This document shows positions 1-9,998 of a stretch of DNA of 32,000 bases, piece after piece. The notes under the pieces were generated by a model, which saw only the letters and a list, made by a program, of their open reading frames with translations, ran no database searches and was not told the origin of the DNA. The stretch comes from Haloquadratum walsbyi C23 (GTDB taxonomy: Archaea; Halobacteriota; Halobacteria; Halobacteriales; Haloferacaceae). The stretch spans positions 2,130,001-2,162,000 of the forward strand of contig NC_017459.1 of the NCBI RefSeq assembly GCF_000237865.1. The letters are read 5' to 3'. A program made the position numbers and the translations under genes. The stretch's first letter is position 1. Each line of letters begins with the position of its first letter.

Positions 1-1
1 A

Positions 2-427
2 TCATTCCCAGATATCACCGTCACAGCGAAACGAAAGGTAGACAATAACGTTCAGTCACTGAATTCATTCAAACGACGACTTGAGGAGATACTAACCACG
101 CGACAACTTGACGTACTTGAGACAGCCCTGACATCTGGATATTTTGAATGGCCACGTGATAGTACAGCAGAACAGGTTGCAGATTCACTTGGAATTGCGG
201 CACCGACATTTCATGAACATCTTCGTTCGGGTGAGCGTAAGCTCATGAAGACATTCTTCGCAGAACGGAAACGAGCGCGCGAAAATGGAAGAAGTAAAAC
301 CGAAATATCATCGACACTAGAAGCAGAAACACACCTAGACTCGGATGTAGACGTAGACGCAGGCGTAGATTCAGATACAAATGAAGGCTCAACAACAGAA
401 AGTGAAGTGAATTCAGAACTCAATTGA
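2..427 (+). CDS. C-terminal part of an HTH-10 (bacterio-opsin activator / Bat-like) DNA-binding regulator; the 5' end lies outside the window
   Basis: The frame is open from position 2 to TGA at 425-427. The translation contains LTTRQLDVLETALTSGYFEWPRDSTAEQVADSLGIAAPTFHEHLRSGERKLMKTFF, the haloarchaeal HTH_10 signature, followed by an acidic D/S/V/T tail. Confidence 0.8.
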   Translation, partial: SFPDITVTAKRKVDNNVQSLNSFKRRLEEILTTRQLDVLETALTSGYFEWPRDSTAEQVADSLGIAAPTFHEHLRSGERKLMKTFFAERKRARENGRSKTEISSTLEAETHLDSDVDVDAGVDSDTNEGSTTESEVNSELN

Positions 428-506
428 GAAGTTAACAACCGCGAATTTTCGGTTGCTATCAATTTTGATTGTGTGTGCTTGCAGGTGCTGTCGGTTTTAC
501 AGGTGG

Positions 507-555
507 TCGAGGAGAATACCCTGGAGCTTGACCCCGAGGCGATTCACGAACGCCA
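507..555 (+). repeat. Solo copy of the IS1341-type left-end-like motif (TCGAGGAGAATACC + hairpin + GATTCAC)
   Basis: tcgaggagaataccctggagcttgaccccgaggcgattcacgaacgcc is near-identical to the minus-strand copy at 29178-29220. It starts like the left ends of the MITEs at 1806 and 20214. No matching right end follows. Confidence 0.4.
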
Positions 556-647
556 TTCTTACTCCAACAGCGCAAGCAAAATGACTCGGGACGATTCACC
601 AGCAAGAGATGTAATTATTACTGGTAAGATATGTTGGTATGAATACA

Positions 648-1124
648 TTAATCTGATGATTCCGCAGAGCGGCTTGGCATGAAATCACTGATCGTATCAA
701 GTAAATCAGTCTTTGAGATTGGTTTTTGAATGCGTCCATCGAATGGAGACGGCTCAGATTTGTCTGTGATCATATGATTGTGTGTATGCGACCAGTGACT
801 GTGATTAATTGATGACGCAGTAAGGAGAATCATTTTTGGGTTGCCTGCTCGGTCTTGCAGTTGTGTACATACTTCATCACCAGAAAGCCCTGGCATTCGC
901 CGGTCGACGATGACGATGTCAACAGAGTCATCGTATATATCAACAGCTTCTGTTCCAGTGTATGCTGTTCGAACATCGTATTGATCAGCAAGCCAAAGCG
1001 CAACGCTATCGGTAAGCGCAGACTCATCATCGGCAATGAGAACCGTTGTATTCTGTTCAGACGGTCGTGTAGCGGGTGTGGACACAGTTTTTGAGTGATA
1101 ATATTTGCTAGGGTTGCAATTCAA
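648..1124 (-). CDS. Single-domain response regulator (CheY-like receiver)
   Basis: Receiver motifs are present: acidic pocket VLIADDE, phospho-acceptor IVIVDRRMPGLSG, LLTASS, and a conserved Lys in IQKPI. There is no output domain. Confidence 0.85.
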   Translation of the reverse strand: MNCNPSKYYHSKTVSTPATRPSEQNTTVLIADDESALTDSVALWLADQYDVRTAYTGTEAVDIYDDSVDIVIVDRRMPGLSGDEVCTQLQDRAGNPKMILLTASSINHSHWSHTHNHMITDKSEPSPFDGRIQKPISKTDLLDTISDFMPSRSAESSD

Positions 1125-1311
1125 GATATTTCAGTTGCGGTGCATTATCTGCAATTGGCAATGATTCGTCTGAATCCCAATATAGCATTAAGACAATTAA
1201 CTGGGATTATTTAGCATATAATTGAGTATCAATCCATATATTCGATTATCCATTCAATTTCAAAGGATCGGATCCTCAACTCATCGTTGTCGATAATAGA
1301 TTTCACTATCG

Positions 1312-1512
1312 TCAGGCATCATTCATGCGCTGAGCAATCTGTTCACCACAGTGTTGACATTCGGTCACACGGTATGGTTCACGCGAGAACGCACGGTTTG
1401 TTTCTTTTGTGCTTTCGGTCCGTAGATCAATAGATACCTTATGCGGGGTTCGCGTGTCACAGACATCGCAATATTCCGTAAGCGTACTCAGTTTGGGTCT
1501 ACTTTTCGACAT
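1312..1512 (-). CDS. Small zinc-ribbon protein (two CxxC pairs), function unknown
   Basis: 66-aa ORF with CDVC...CQHC spaced about 38 residues apart. It is typical of small haloarchaeal zinc-finger proteins. It does not overlap a larger gene. Confidence 0.6.
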   Translation of the reverse strand: MSKSRPKLSTLTEYCDVCDTRTPHKVSIDLRTESTKETNRAFSREPYRVTECQHCGEQIAQRMNDA

Positions 1513-1805
1513 TGGTTTGTTCTCATAAGATGTAATGTGATAGTCTTAATTCAGTACCCACCCTACATGATTAGGGATAAATGAAAGTCGAACGGACACA
1601 ATTGACAAGTACGCAGTCGTCTGGTCCATGTCACGGATTTTAATATGGTAATGACAATTCATATCGCTATCATTTCGTTCTCTTAGATCCGTATTCTCTT
1701 ATCATATCTGTTGCTCGCATCTTACAGAGCGGATCTATCTGATCAGGTTGGAATGGTCGGGTGAATTTAGAGTTCAGATCTGTGTGAGAATATGCGTATA
1801 CAGAA

Positions 1806-2330
1806 TCAAGGAGAATACCTGCGGTTCAGCCGCAGGATGAATCCGACAACTCGGAGTCAATCTACGCTACGAAAGCCACTCTGAGACTTGACAATCCGTA
1901 ACCTAAACTGATAGGCAGTTCTACATATCGATAGGAATCAGGCTGGGAACCGAGCGATTCCCTCCAGTCCGACGATGGCGGCCTGTCCGCCCCAAGCAAT
2001 GAGACAATAATCCGAACCAGTCAGGTGAACGGTCGGTTCCTCTCATGAATCGATGCAGTGCCCGACTGCTTGAAAACAGCACAGAGAGTAACTCCAAGTC
2101 GAGTGAGACTGACGGAAGAATTTGTGGCAAAAACAACACAAGAGTTTCGCTTCAGTTGAGGATAGAACTACCGGGGGCTGAGATATGGCACTTCCAGCAG
2201 TTCTACCCGCGACAGCCCATGAACCCCACACGGATTCTCACCGCATTGGGGTTCGGCAGAATTGCAAACCTGCAATTTCCAATGTTCACGGTCAGGATTC
2301 CTTCCGCGTTTACGCGGAGGAGGATGTCAA
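1806..2330 (+). mobile_element. MITE-A: protein-less IS1341-type (IS200/IS605 family) derivative with an omega-RNA-like 3' module
   Basis: Left end: tcaaggagaataccTGCGGttcagCCGCAggatgaatccgacaac. Right end: aggattccttCCGCGtttaCGCGGaggaggatgtcaa, ending at 2330. Both ends are homologous to copies B, C and E and to the ends of the tnpB pseudogene element at 23339-24810. Internal ORFs are interrupted by stops. Confidence 0.7.
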
Positions 2331-2387
2331 TTCCACTCGCAGTGTCTGTTGATAACCGTTATCCGGCCGCCAGTGGTATAATATGTA

Positions 2388-5246
2388 ATGGCAGACGGTA
2401 CCGCCACGCGAGGTGCAGACGTTTTTAGCGAGTTCAGCGCGCCGGTTCGGGAGGCGCTATCTGAGCGAGGATTCACCACACCAACAGAGCCACAGCGCCG
2501 TGCGATTCCACCATTGGCACATGACAGGAATGCACTCGTCATTGCGCCAACGGGAACAGGGAAGACAGAGACAGCGATGCTTCCCGTCTTCGATGCAATT
2601 GCTGAAAGCGATTTTGATGATTCCGAGCGTGAGGGATTCTCCGCACTGTATATTACACCACTTCGAGCACTTAATCGAGATATGCGTGATCGGCTTACAT
2701 GGTGGGGTGAGACGCTTGATATTGATATTGACGTCAGACATGGTGATACAACGCAGTATCAACGGCGTCAGCAAGCTGAGGACCCACCAGATGTGCTTGT
2801 GACGACACCTGAAACATTACAAGCAATGCTTACCGGGTCAAAGCTTAGAAAAGCACTTGCTGGGGTTGACCACGTTGTTGTTGATGAGGTGCACGAACTT
2901 GCTGCTGCAAAACGAGGTGTACAATTGTCAGTTGCGCTTGAGCGGCTTCAAGTACTTGCGGGATCATTTCAGCGAATTGGACTCTCAGCAACAGTTGGAT
3001 CCCCAACGGAGGTCGCCCGATTTCTGACGGGTGATCGGTCATTTGAGGTCATTGAGATTGATGCTGGTAGCGCGATTGAGTTTTCTGTTCATCACCCAAC
3101 AGTTACTCAAAAAGATGAACAACTGTCACGTGAGTTAGCGACTGATGAGACGATTGCAAGTCACGTCCGTGTCATTCGAGATATCGTTTCGGATCATAGT
3201 TCGACTCTTATATTCGTCAATACACGGCAGACGGCTGAGGCGCTAGGGTCACGATTTAAAAAACTTGGTGAGCCAATTGAGGTTCATCATGGATCACTTT
3301 CAAAAGATGTTCGTATCGACGTTGAGGATAGATTCAAGAATGGCTCGTTAGATGGGCTTGTTTGCACCTCTTCGATGGAGTTAGGTATCGATGTTGGAGA
3401 GGTTGATCACGTCGTGCAATATGGGAGTCCTCGAGAGGTCGCACGACTGCTACAGCGAGTGGGACGGGCTGGACATCATCGTGATCGTATCTCACATGGA
3501 ACGGTCATTACCTCATCACCGGATGATACACTTGAAGCGCTGGCAATTGCGCGACGCGCCACGGAGGGTATTGTCGAGCCTGCACGGATTCATCATGCGA
3601 GTCTCGATACTGTTGCGAATCAAATTATCGGCATTGTGATGGATGAAGGGGAGGTATCAGCTCGTCGAGCATATCAAATTGTGACAGCTGCGTATCCATT
3701 CGCCAACCTGGATAAACAGACATTTCGAGAGATCATACGGGAATTATCGTCAAATCGGCTTGTGTGGCTTGAAGAGGATGCGGATCGGCTTGAGAAATCC
3801 AGCGGGACGTGGCAGTACTTCTATGCGAATCTCTCGATGATTCCTGACGAGGAAACATATGATGTATACGATATGTCCTCACGCGGGCAGATTGGGACGC
3901 TTGATGAGCGATTTGTATTGAATTTTGCCGAACCGGGGGCTGCGTTTATTCAGCGTGGCGAAATGTGGCGGATTAATGATATTGATGATGATGAAACCCA
4001 GGTAAATGTAACACCAATTGAAGACCCGAGTGGTGAGGTGCCATCATGGACTGGTGCTGAGATTCCAGTCCCTGCACACGTTGCAAATGAGGTCGGTGAA
4101 ATGCGCGCTGCGGCTGCAAAGCAACTTGCGACAGGCGCAAATAAAGAAGCCGTAGGGCGAGATCTCGCGAGACGATATCCTGCAGATGTCTCAACAATTA
4201 CATCTGCGATCGAGCCGATTGAAAGACAGGTTATTGGTGAATATCCGATTCCAACAGCAGATCGTCTTGTGATCGAAGCACAAGCACAAACCGTCGTAAT
4301 AAATAGCCCGCATGGGCATCGAATCAATGAGACACTTGGACGCTTACTCGCAGCGCTTGTTGGTCAGCGGACTGGTGCCTCTGTTGGGTTGGATGTCAGT
4401 CCATATCGAATTGAATTGGAACTTCCAAGACAGGCGTCGATTGGTGATGTCACCGCTGTTTTCGATGAAACAGACCCAATGCATGTTGAAGCAATCCTTG
4501 AGTTGGCGTTAAAAAAGGCAGATGCACTGAAGTTCACACTTGCACAGGTTGCCGCGAAGTTTGGTGCACTTAAACGGTATCAAGGACGTGAACGGTTTGG
4601 TGGGGACCGACTGATGGCTGCTCTTGAAGATACACCGGTGTATGATGAAGCAGTTCGAGAGGTATTCCATACTGACCTTGCAGTTCCAGAGACAACAGCA
4701 CTTCTTGAACGGTATCATACTGATGAACTGACAATAGCAATAACACGTGAGCGAACACCAATTGGAGTTGACGGGCGGTCACATGGAAAGGAACTCCTTG
4801 TGCCTTCGAATGCCGATGCCGGAGTGATTGAAGCGGTACGTGATCGAATTCAAGATGATAATGTGCGATTACTGTGTTTGCATTGTACAGACTGGGAGCA
4901 AAAAAAGCCAGTACGTCGGGTTCGTGACCAACCACGATGTCCACGATGTGAGGCGACTCGCATCGCATGTTTAAACCCATGGGACGAGGATACTCCAAAG
5001 GCAGTTCGTGGTGGGACACTCGAAGATGACACCGACGCTGATAGACTTCAGCGGCGTGCACACCGATCTGCAAGTCTTATCCAGAGTCATGGAAAACAAG
5101 CGGCGATTGCTCTTGCTGCCCGTGGGGTTGGACCACAGACAGCCGCTCGAATTATCGGAAATCTTCGCGAGGATGAAACAGAGTTCTACCGGGATATTCT
5201 CAAACAAGAACAGCAGTACGCACGGACGCAATCGTTTTGGGACTGA
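2388..5246 (+). CDS. lhr: Lhr-type ATP-dependent DEVH-box helicase (superfamily 2)
   Basis: 952 aa with the Q-motif region GFTTPTEPQRRAIP, Walker A APTGTGKT, DEVH (VVVDEVHE), SAT (LSATV) and motif VI QRVGRAGH. It has a long Lhr-like C-terminal region with a CxxC...CxxC zinc ribbon (CLHC...CPRC) and an HhH-like GVGPQTAARII. Confidence 0.9.
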   Translation: MADGTATRGADVFSEFSAPVREALSERGFTTPTEPQRRAIPPLAHDRNALVIAPTGTGKTETAMLPVFDAIAESDFDDSEREGFSALYITPLRALNRDMRDRLTWWGETLDIDIDVRHGDTTQYQRRQQAEDPPDVLVTTPETLQAMLTGSKLRKALAGVDHVVVDEVHELAAAKRGVQLSVALERLQVLAGSFQRIGLSATVGSPTEVARFLTGDRSFEVIEIDAGSAIEFSVHHPTVTQKDEQLSRELATDETIASHVRVIRDIVSDHSSTLIFVNTRQTAEALGSRFKKLGEPIEVHHGSLSKDVRIDVEDRFKNGSLDGLVCTSSMELGIDVGEVDHVVQYGSPREVARLLQRVGRAGHHRDRISHGTVITSSPDDTLEALAIARRATEGIVEPARIHHASLDTVANQIIGIVMDEGEVSARRAYQIVTAAYPFANLDKQTFREIIRELSSNRLVWLEEDADRLEKSSGTWQYFYANLSMIPDEETYDVYDMSSRGQIGTLDERFVLNFAEPGAAFIQRGEMWRINDIDDDETQVNVTPIEDPSGEVPSWTGAEIPVPAHVANEVGEMRAAAAKQLATGANKEAVGRDLARRYPADVSTITSAIEPIERQVIGEYPIPTADRLVIEAQAQTVVINSPHGHRINETLGRLLAALVGQRTGASVGLDVSPYRIELELPRQASIGDVTAVFDETDPMHVEAILELALKKADALKFTLAQVAAKFGALKRYQGRERFGGDRLMAALEDTPVYDEAVREVFHTDLAVPETTALLERYHTDELTIAITRERTPIGVDGRSHGKELLVPSNADAGVIEAVRDRIQDDNVRLLCLHCTDWEQKKPVRRVRDQPRCPRCEATRIACLNPWDEDTPKAVRGGTLEDDTDADRLQRRAHRSASLIQSHGKQAAIALAARGVGPQTAARIIGNLREDETEFYRDILKQEQQYARTQSFWD

Positions 5247-5347
5247 TTTTAGCCTGATTTCAGGCGCTAAGCCCTCTTCCTCTAGGAGCAACGCAGTGAG
5301 CGAAGCGACCGAGTAGCGCAGTAGGCAGGGGTAGTTCACATGATATA

Positions 5348-7645
5348 TCAGTAGATATCGTCGCCATTATCATGCATTGTGCTGTCTTCACCACGGTTTT
5401 CAGTTGGTTCAATCGAGTCGAGTGCTGTTTCGAAATGTGATCGTGTAAGGACAATCTCATCAGCGTGTTCGTTTGCGGTCGCGCCGTCATATTCAGTGGT
5501 GACAGATTCAATTGCACGAACCGATGCATCGCGAACCATTGCCTCAATATCTGCGCCGACATATCCTGCGGTTTTACCAACAAGTTCATCACGGTCAATA
5601 TTATCAGCAAGTGGCTTACCAGCAAGATGAATCTCTAGAATCGCACGACGTGCTGCGGCATCTGGACGTGGGACCGCAATATGCGATTCGAGTCGACCAG
5701 GACGAAGCAATGCAGAGTCAATTGTATCTCGTCGATTCGTCGCTGCAAGCACAACTAGATTTGGATGATCAGTAATCCGATCAAGTTCGGTGAGTAGTTG
5801 TGACACGACACGATCACCAACGCCACTGTCGGTGCCACCGCCTGCTCGATTCGCTGCGACTGCATCAATCTCGTCGAAGAAAATAATTGCTGGAGCGGCT
5901 TGTCGAGCCCGTTCAAACACTTCTCTGACGGCTTTCTCGGACTCACCAACATATCGATCAAGTAGTTCTGGACCGGCAACTTCGACAAAATTAATCTCAG
6001 CTTCACCGGCAATCGCACGGGCAAGTAACGTCTTTCCAGTTCCTGGTGGTCCGTATAATAATGCACCTGTTGGCGGGTCTGTATTGACCGAATCAAAAAG
6101 CGGACCGTAGGTAAGTGGCCATATGACTGCCCGTTCAAGTGTCTGTTTCGCTGCATCAAGCCCACCGACGTCATCGAAGGTTGTCGTGGGCGACTCAGCG
6201 ACATATTCACGAATTGCTGATGGGTCAACAGCTGCCATTGCATCCATCATATCCTCACGTGTGACGGAGAGTGAGGTGAGCGTCTCAGCAGCGTCATCAT
6301 CACGACGACCACGACGGAGTGCTGCCATTGCTGCCTCAGTGCTAAGCGATTCAAGATCAGCACCAACAAATCCATGCGTCTGTGCTGCAAGGCGGTCAAG
6401 ATCGATATTATCCGCAAGTGGCATCTGTCGCGTGTGAACAGCAAGGATTTCACGTCGCCCTTTCTCGTCTGGAACACCAATCTCAATTTCACGGTCAAAT
6501 CGACCGCCACGACGAAGCGCAGGGTCAAGCGTATCAATGCGGTTTGTCGCTCCGACAACGACGACATCACCACGAGCATCAAGTCCATCCATGAGTGAAA
6601 GCAACTGTCCAACGATACGGTTTTCTACATCACCACCATCATCACGAGCAGGCGCGATTGAGTCAATCTCATCGAAAAAGACGATTGAGGGTGCCTCCTC
6701 ACGAGCCATCTCAAACTTCTCTCGAAGTTGCTCTTCAGATTCACCCTTGTATTTCGACATGATCTCTGGTCCAGAGATATTGATAAACGTTGCATCAACC
6801 TCGTTGGCGACAGCTTTTGCAATGAGCGTTTTTCCGGTTCCTGGAGGACCATGTAATAATACGCCTTTTGGGGGGTCAACACCGAGATGTGTGAATACCG
6901 TTGGTGCTGATAACGGAAGCTCAATCATCTCTCGAACCAATTCAAGTTCATCATCAAGCCCACCAATATCCTCATACGTAACAGTGGGTGATTGTGCAAC
7001 TGATGATTCGCTTTCGATTGAGTCGGATGTGGATACAGGCGTTGTTGATGTATCGTCTTGATTGTCGTTTGTTGTCTCATTGCCTGTCCTGCCGCGTTGT
7101 GTTCCCGTTGAAGTCGAGAAAACACGGTCATCCGTTGATGACTGTCCCCGTCGGGTAAGTCGGAGTGTCGTCGTGTCAGTAACGCGAACCTGACCTTCTG
7201 GGCGTGTTTCAGTGACGACAAATGGCTTATCACTCACTGACTCAAACCGAATTTGACCATCAGCCTGGATTGGGCGATCACGGAGTGCCCGTTTGATTAA
7301 TTCAACCGCACGATCTTCATCCGCAAAGGAAACATCTGGCGGCATTGATAGCGTGACTGATCGAGCATCATCAACACCTATCGGATGAATGCGAACTGTA
7401 TCTCCAATGGTCACATCAGCATTCGTTCGTGTATCAGCATCAACAAGGACAATACTCTCCGAGACACTACCATTAGCTGGCCATACTTTAGCGACTGTCT
7501 CACGACTGCCAATGATCAATACTGTATCACCACTGAGGACACCGAGTTGCTGTCGGGCTGACTCAGGGAGACGAGCAATCCCACGCCCTGCATCACTTTT
7601 TTCTGCACCACGAACAGTCAGAGAGATAGCATTGTCCTTATCCAT
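5348..7645 (-). CDS. cdc48: AAA-type ATPase, CDC48/VCP family (two AAA+ domains)
   Basis: 765 aa with GPPGTGKT twice ([12 protein letters not shown] and [12 protein letters not shown]) and Walker B IVFFDEID and IIFFDEID. It has a CDC48-like N domain ([23 protein letters not shown]) and an unusually long S/T/D-rich N-D1 linker. Confidence 0.95.
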   Translation of the reverse strand: MDKDNAISLTVRGAEKSDAGRGIARLPESARQQLGVLSGDTVLIIGSRETVAKVWPANGSVSESIVLVDADTRTNADVTIGDTVRIHPIGVDDARSVTLSMPPDVSFADEDRAVELIKRALRDRPIQADGQIRFESVSDKPFVVTETRPEGQVRVTDTTTLRLTRRGQSSTDDRVFSTSTGTQRGRTGNETTNDNQDDTSTTPVSTSDSIESESSVAQSPTVTYEDIGGLDDELELVREMIELPLSAPTVFTHLGVDPPKGVLLHGPPGTGKTLIAKAVANEVDATFINISGPEIMSKYKGESEEQLREKFEMAREEAPSIVFFDEIDSIAPARDDGGDVENRIVGQLLSLMDGLDARGDVVVVGATNRIDTLDPALRRGGRFDREIEIGVPDEKGRREILAVHTRQMPLADNIDLDRLAAQTHGFVGADLESLSTEAAMAALRRGRRDDDAAETLTSLSVTREDMMDAMAAVDPSAIREYVAESPTTTFDDVGGLDAAKQTLERAVIWPLTYGPLFDSVNTDPPTGALLYGPPGTGKTLLARAIAGEAEINFVEVAGPELLDRYVGESEKAVREVFERARQAAPAIIFFDEIDAVAANRAGGGTDSGVGDRVVSQLLTELDRITDHPNLVVLAATNRRDTIDSALLRPGRLESHIAVPRPDAAARRAILEIHLAGKPLADNIDRDELVGKTAGYVGADIEAMVRDASVRAIESVTTEYDGATANEHADEIVLTRSHFETALDSIEPTENRGEDSTMHDNGDDIY

Positions 7646-7757
7646 ATATTATATTGGGCTCACGCGCTCTTTTGTCTTGTCCGTCGATTGCTGATGACGT
7701 CAACCGTGAAAATAGCGTAGCCAACTGCATCATATCATTTATGTTTCCCCTTACTGA

Positions 7758-9098
7758 ATGTACTCTATGATACAACGGCGTAAATTCGTAGCCGGAACTG
7801 GTGCGGCTACGGTTGCCGCGTTAGCGGGTTGTTCTGGAAGCTCAGACACTGGCGATGGATCCAGTGGGGAGAACACTGCGGCGGGGGGTGCCGAGACAAC
7901 GACGAACGAGAGTGACGGCGAAATGACTGCTGAGGCAATTCCTGTCGGGGTATTATTACCATTTTCCGGTGAATACGCATGGGTTGGGGAGAACGTGCTC
8001 CCTGTTGTACGGATGCTTGCACAGGAGATTAACGAACAGGGTGGAATCAATGACCGTCAGATAACCCTCGTCCAAGGTGACACGGAGGGGTCACCCTCTG
8101 CGTCATTATCAGCAGCAAAGAAATTAATCACCGTTGAAAATGTGGCGGGGATTATTGGTCCAACATCAATCACAATGTCTGCCGTGTTTGATCTATTTCA
8201 GACCAATGAGGTGCCGGTTGTGACACCAACAGCAGGCACAACCTCACTTGATGACCGTGGTGGTGAGTACGTCTTCCGGACAGTGCCATCTGATGCACTT
8301 GGTGGGCGCGCTATTGCACGAGCACTCCGTAATGAGAGGTATAATAATATTGCCAGCTATTCAGATATGGCGCTGATGGTCGGGAATAAAGAGGTATTTC
8401 AGTCATTCAAGACTCCAATCAAGAGTTCATTTGCCGAATTTGGTGGAACCATCACTGAGACAATCAATTTCAAAACTGGGAAAGCATCGTATGAAAGCGA
8501 GATGCAGACCGTCATGAACACCGACCCGGCAGTTACCGTCCTTGTCGGATCAAAAGATGACAGTATCAAAATTATGCGAGCTGCATTTCAGGCTGGCTAT
8601 GAAGGGAATTGGTATGTCACACAAGATCAGACGACTGAGGTCTTTCTTACTGAAGCTCCAGAAGAAGTCACGAATAATATACTTGGACTCCAATCAGCAA
8701 CATATCAGGCTGCCGAAGAGAAGGGACGAATTGAGAGATTTAAACAGCGTGTACAGGAGTTCACAGGTTCAGAACCACGGTTATTTGCACGTAACGCGTA
8801 TGATGCAATGAATGTTCTTGGTCTTGCAATGAAGGTAACAGCAGCTGCTGATAATAAAATCACATCAACGAATGTCGCAGACAATATCCGGACCGTAACA
8901 GACCCATCAGGCGCAGTTGTCACAGACTATACGCAGGGTGCATCCACCATCGATGATCAGAGCACACTTGATTATCGGGGACTCATTGGTCCAATCAACT
9001 TTGATGAGCATGGCGATGTCAGCTCGCCGTTTGCAATCATGCAATCAAAGGATGGATCCTGGGCAGAAACAGCAGTGATTCCAGCAAGCGAACTCTAA
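7758..9098 (+). CDS. livJ: ABC transporter substrate-binding lipoprotein, Leu/Ile/Val-binding (type 1 PBP) family, Tat-exported
   Basis: RRKF twin-arginine motif followed by the lipobox LAGCSG and an acidic S/T/G linker. It is first in a J-H-M-G-F gene order. The ATG at 7767 (MIQRRKF) is the more likely start; a TATA-like catttat lies about 28 nt upstream of it. Confidence 0.9.
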   Translation: MYSMIQRRKFVAGTGAATVAALAGCSGSSDTGDGSSGENTAAGGAETTTNESDGEMTAEAIPVGVLLPFSGEYAWVGENVLPVVRMLAQEINEQGGINDRQITLVQGDTEGSPSASLSAAKKLITVENVAGIIGPTSITMSAVFDLFQTNEVPVVTPTAGTTSLDDRGGEYVFRTVPSDALGGRAIARALRNERYNNIASYSDMALMVGNKEVFQSFKTPIKSSFAEFGGTITETINFKTGKASYESEMQTVMNTDPAVTVLVGSKDDSIKIMRAAFQAGYEGNWYVTQDQTTEVFLTEAPEEVTNNILGLQSATYQAAEEKGRIERFKQRVQEFTGSEPRLFARNAYDAMNVLGLAMKVTAAADNKITSTNVADNIRTVTDPSGAVVTDYTQGASTIDDQSTLDYRGLIGPINFDEHGDVSSPFAIMQSKDGSWAETAVIPASEL

Positions 9099-9113
9099 TA
9101 TTCGGCTTATTCT

Positions 9114-9998
9114 ATGTCTGGAGTTATTACACAATTCATACAAACACTAATTTATGGACTGATTGAGGGTAGCGTTATTTCTGTTGGTGCGGTTGGGTTA
9201 ACATTATCATACGGTGTGACTCGGTTTATTAACTTTGCATATGGAGAATTCCTGACATACGGTGCATATATCACATTCTTTCTATCTGGGACCGGAATTG
9301 GTATTTCATTATCGCTTCCGGTCTCGGTGGTCGGTGCGGTTTTATTAGTCGGAGTCTTTGGCGTCATCATTTCACGAGTCTTTTTCGAGCCACTATCGAC
9401 CCGGGGACCAATTCCACTGCTCATCACTTCAATTGGCGTTGCATTTATTCTTCGATACTCGTTGACGGCTGCTGTGGGTGTATCAGCACGGCAACTTCCA
9501 GTGCCCTTGATGCGTCCAGTCGAATTCTTTGGTGTTGGCACAACACCAATTCGTGCAACAGTATTTGTTGTTGCAATTGCGACGATGCTGCTTATTCATA
9601 TTCTTCTCAAATATACAATGCTTGGAAAAACAATGCGGGCAACAAGTGGTAATCGAAACCTCGCTGAGATCGCTGGAATCGATACCAAAGGTGTTATTCG
9701 ACGAACATGGTTCATCTCTGCGGGTGCAGGTGCACTTGCCGGCGTGCTTTATGCAATACTATTTGCACCCTTTCGCCCGACGATTGGATTTGAGTATCTT
9801 ATCGTCATTTTTGCCGCGACGCTTCTTGGTGGGATTGGTCGTCCATATGGGGCAATGCTCGGCGCAATTGTCGTTGGAATCGCAATGAGTCTTGGCACAA
9901 CATATCTTTCTGCAGAGTATACAATGGCGTACGCATTCGCTATTCTTGTGGGCGTCTTATTATTCAACCCAACTGGCATTGCCGGGAGTGAGATCTGA
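9114..9998 (+). CDS. livH: Branched-chain amino acid-type ABC transporter permease (LivH family)
   Basis: 294-aa polytopic membrane protein. It has the LivH-like motif region TMRATSGNRNLAEIAGID. Its stop overlaps the next start (TGATG at 9996-10000). Confidence 0.9.
   Translation: MSGVITQFIQTLIYGLIEGSVISVGAVGLTLSYGVTRFINFAYGEFLTYGAYITFFLSGTGIGISLSLPVSVVGAVLLVGVFGVIISRVFFEPLSTRGPIPLLITSIGVAFILRYSLTAAVGVSARQLPVPLMRPVEFFGVGTTPIRATVFVVAIATMLLIHILLKYTMLGKTMRATSGNRNLAEIAGIDTKGVIRRTWFISAGAGALAGVLYAILFAPFRPTIGFEYLIVIFAATLLGGIGRPYGAMLGAIVVGIAMSLGTTYLSAEYTMAYAFAILVGVLLFNPTGIAGSEI

Noticed and set aside
2045-2428. 127-aa ORF inside MITE-A that runs into the lhr start, and the comparable 162-aa ORF at 24752-25240 in MITE-C.
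   Set aside because: In the frame that is open through the shared 144-nt block in C, A has a TGA. Substitutions are not biased to third codon positions. The composition is Arg/Cys/Ser-rich. I read these as remnants or non-coding sequence, not genes.
4570-5073. 167-aa ORF antisense to the 3' part of lhr, plus other ORFs overlapping lhr.
   Set aside because: The composition is His/Leu/Val-rich and non-acidic. It is fully embedded in a well-supported helicase gene.
5379-7694. Numerous 70-174-aa ORFs on both strands overlapping cdc48 (for example 6537-7061 +, 5755-6243 -, 6123-6437 +).
   Set aside because: They are shadow ORFs inside a gene with unambiguous AAA+ motifs. Their translations are Ser/Arg/Ala-rich low-complexity sequence without motifs, and they are not acidic like the host proteome.
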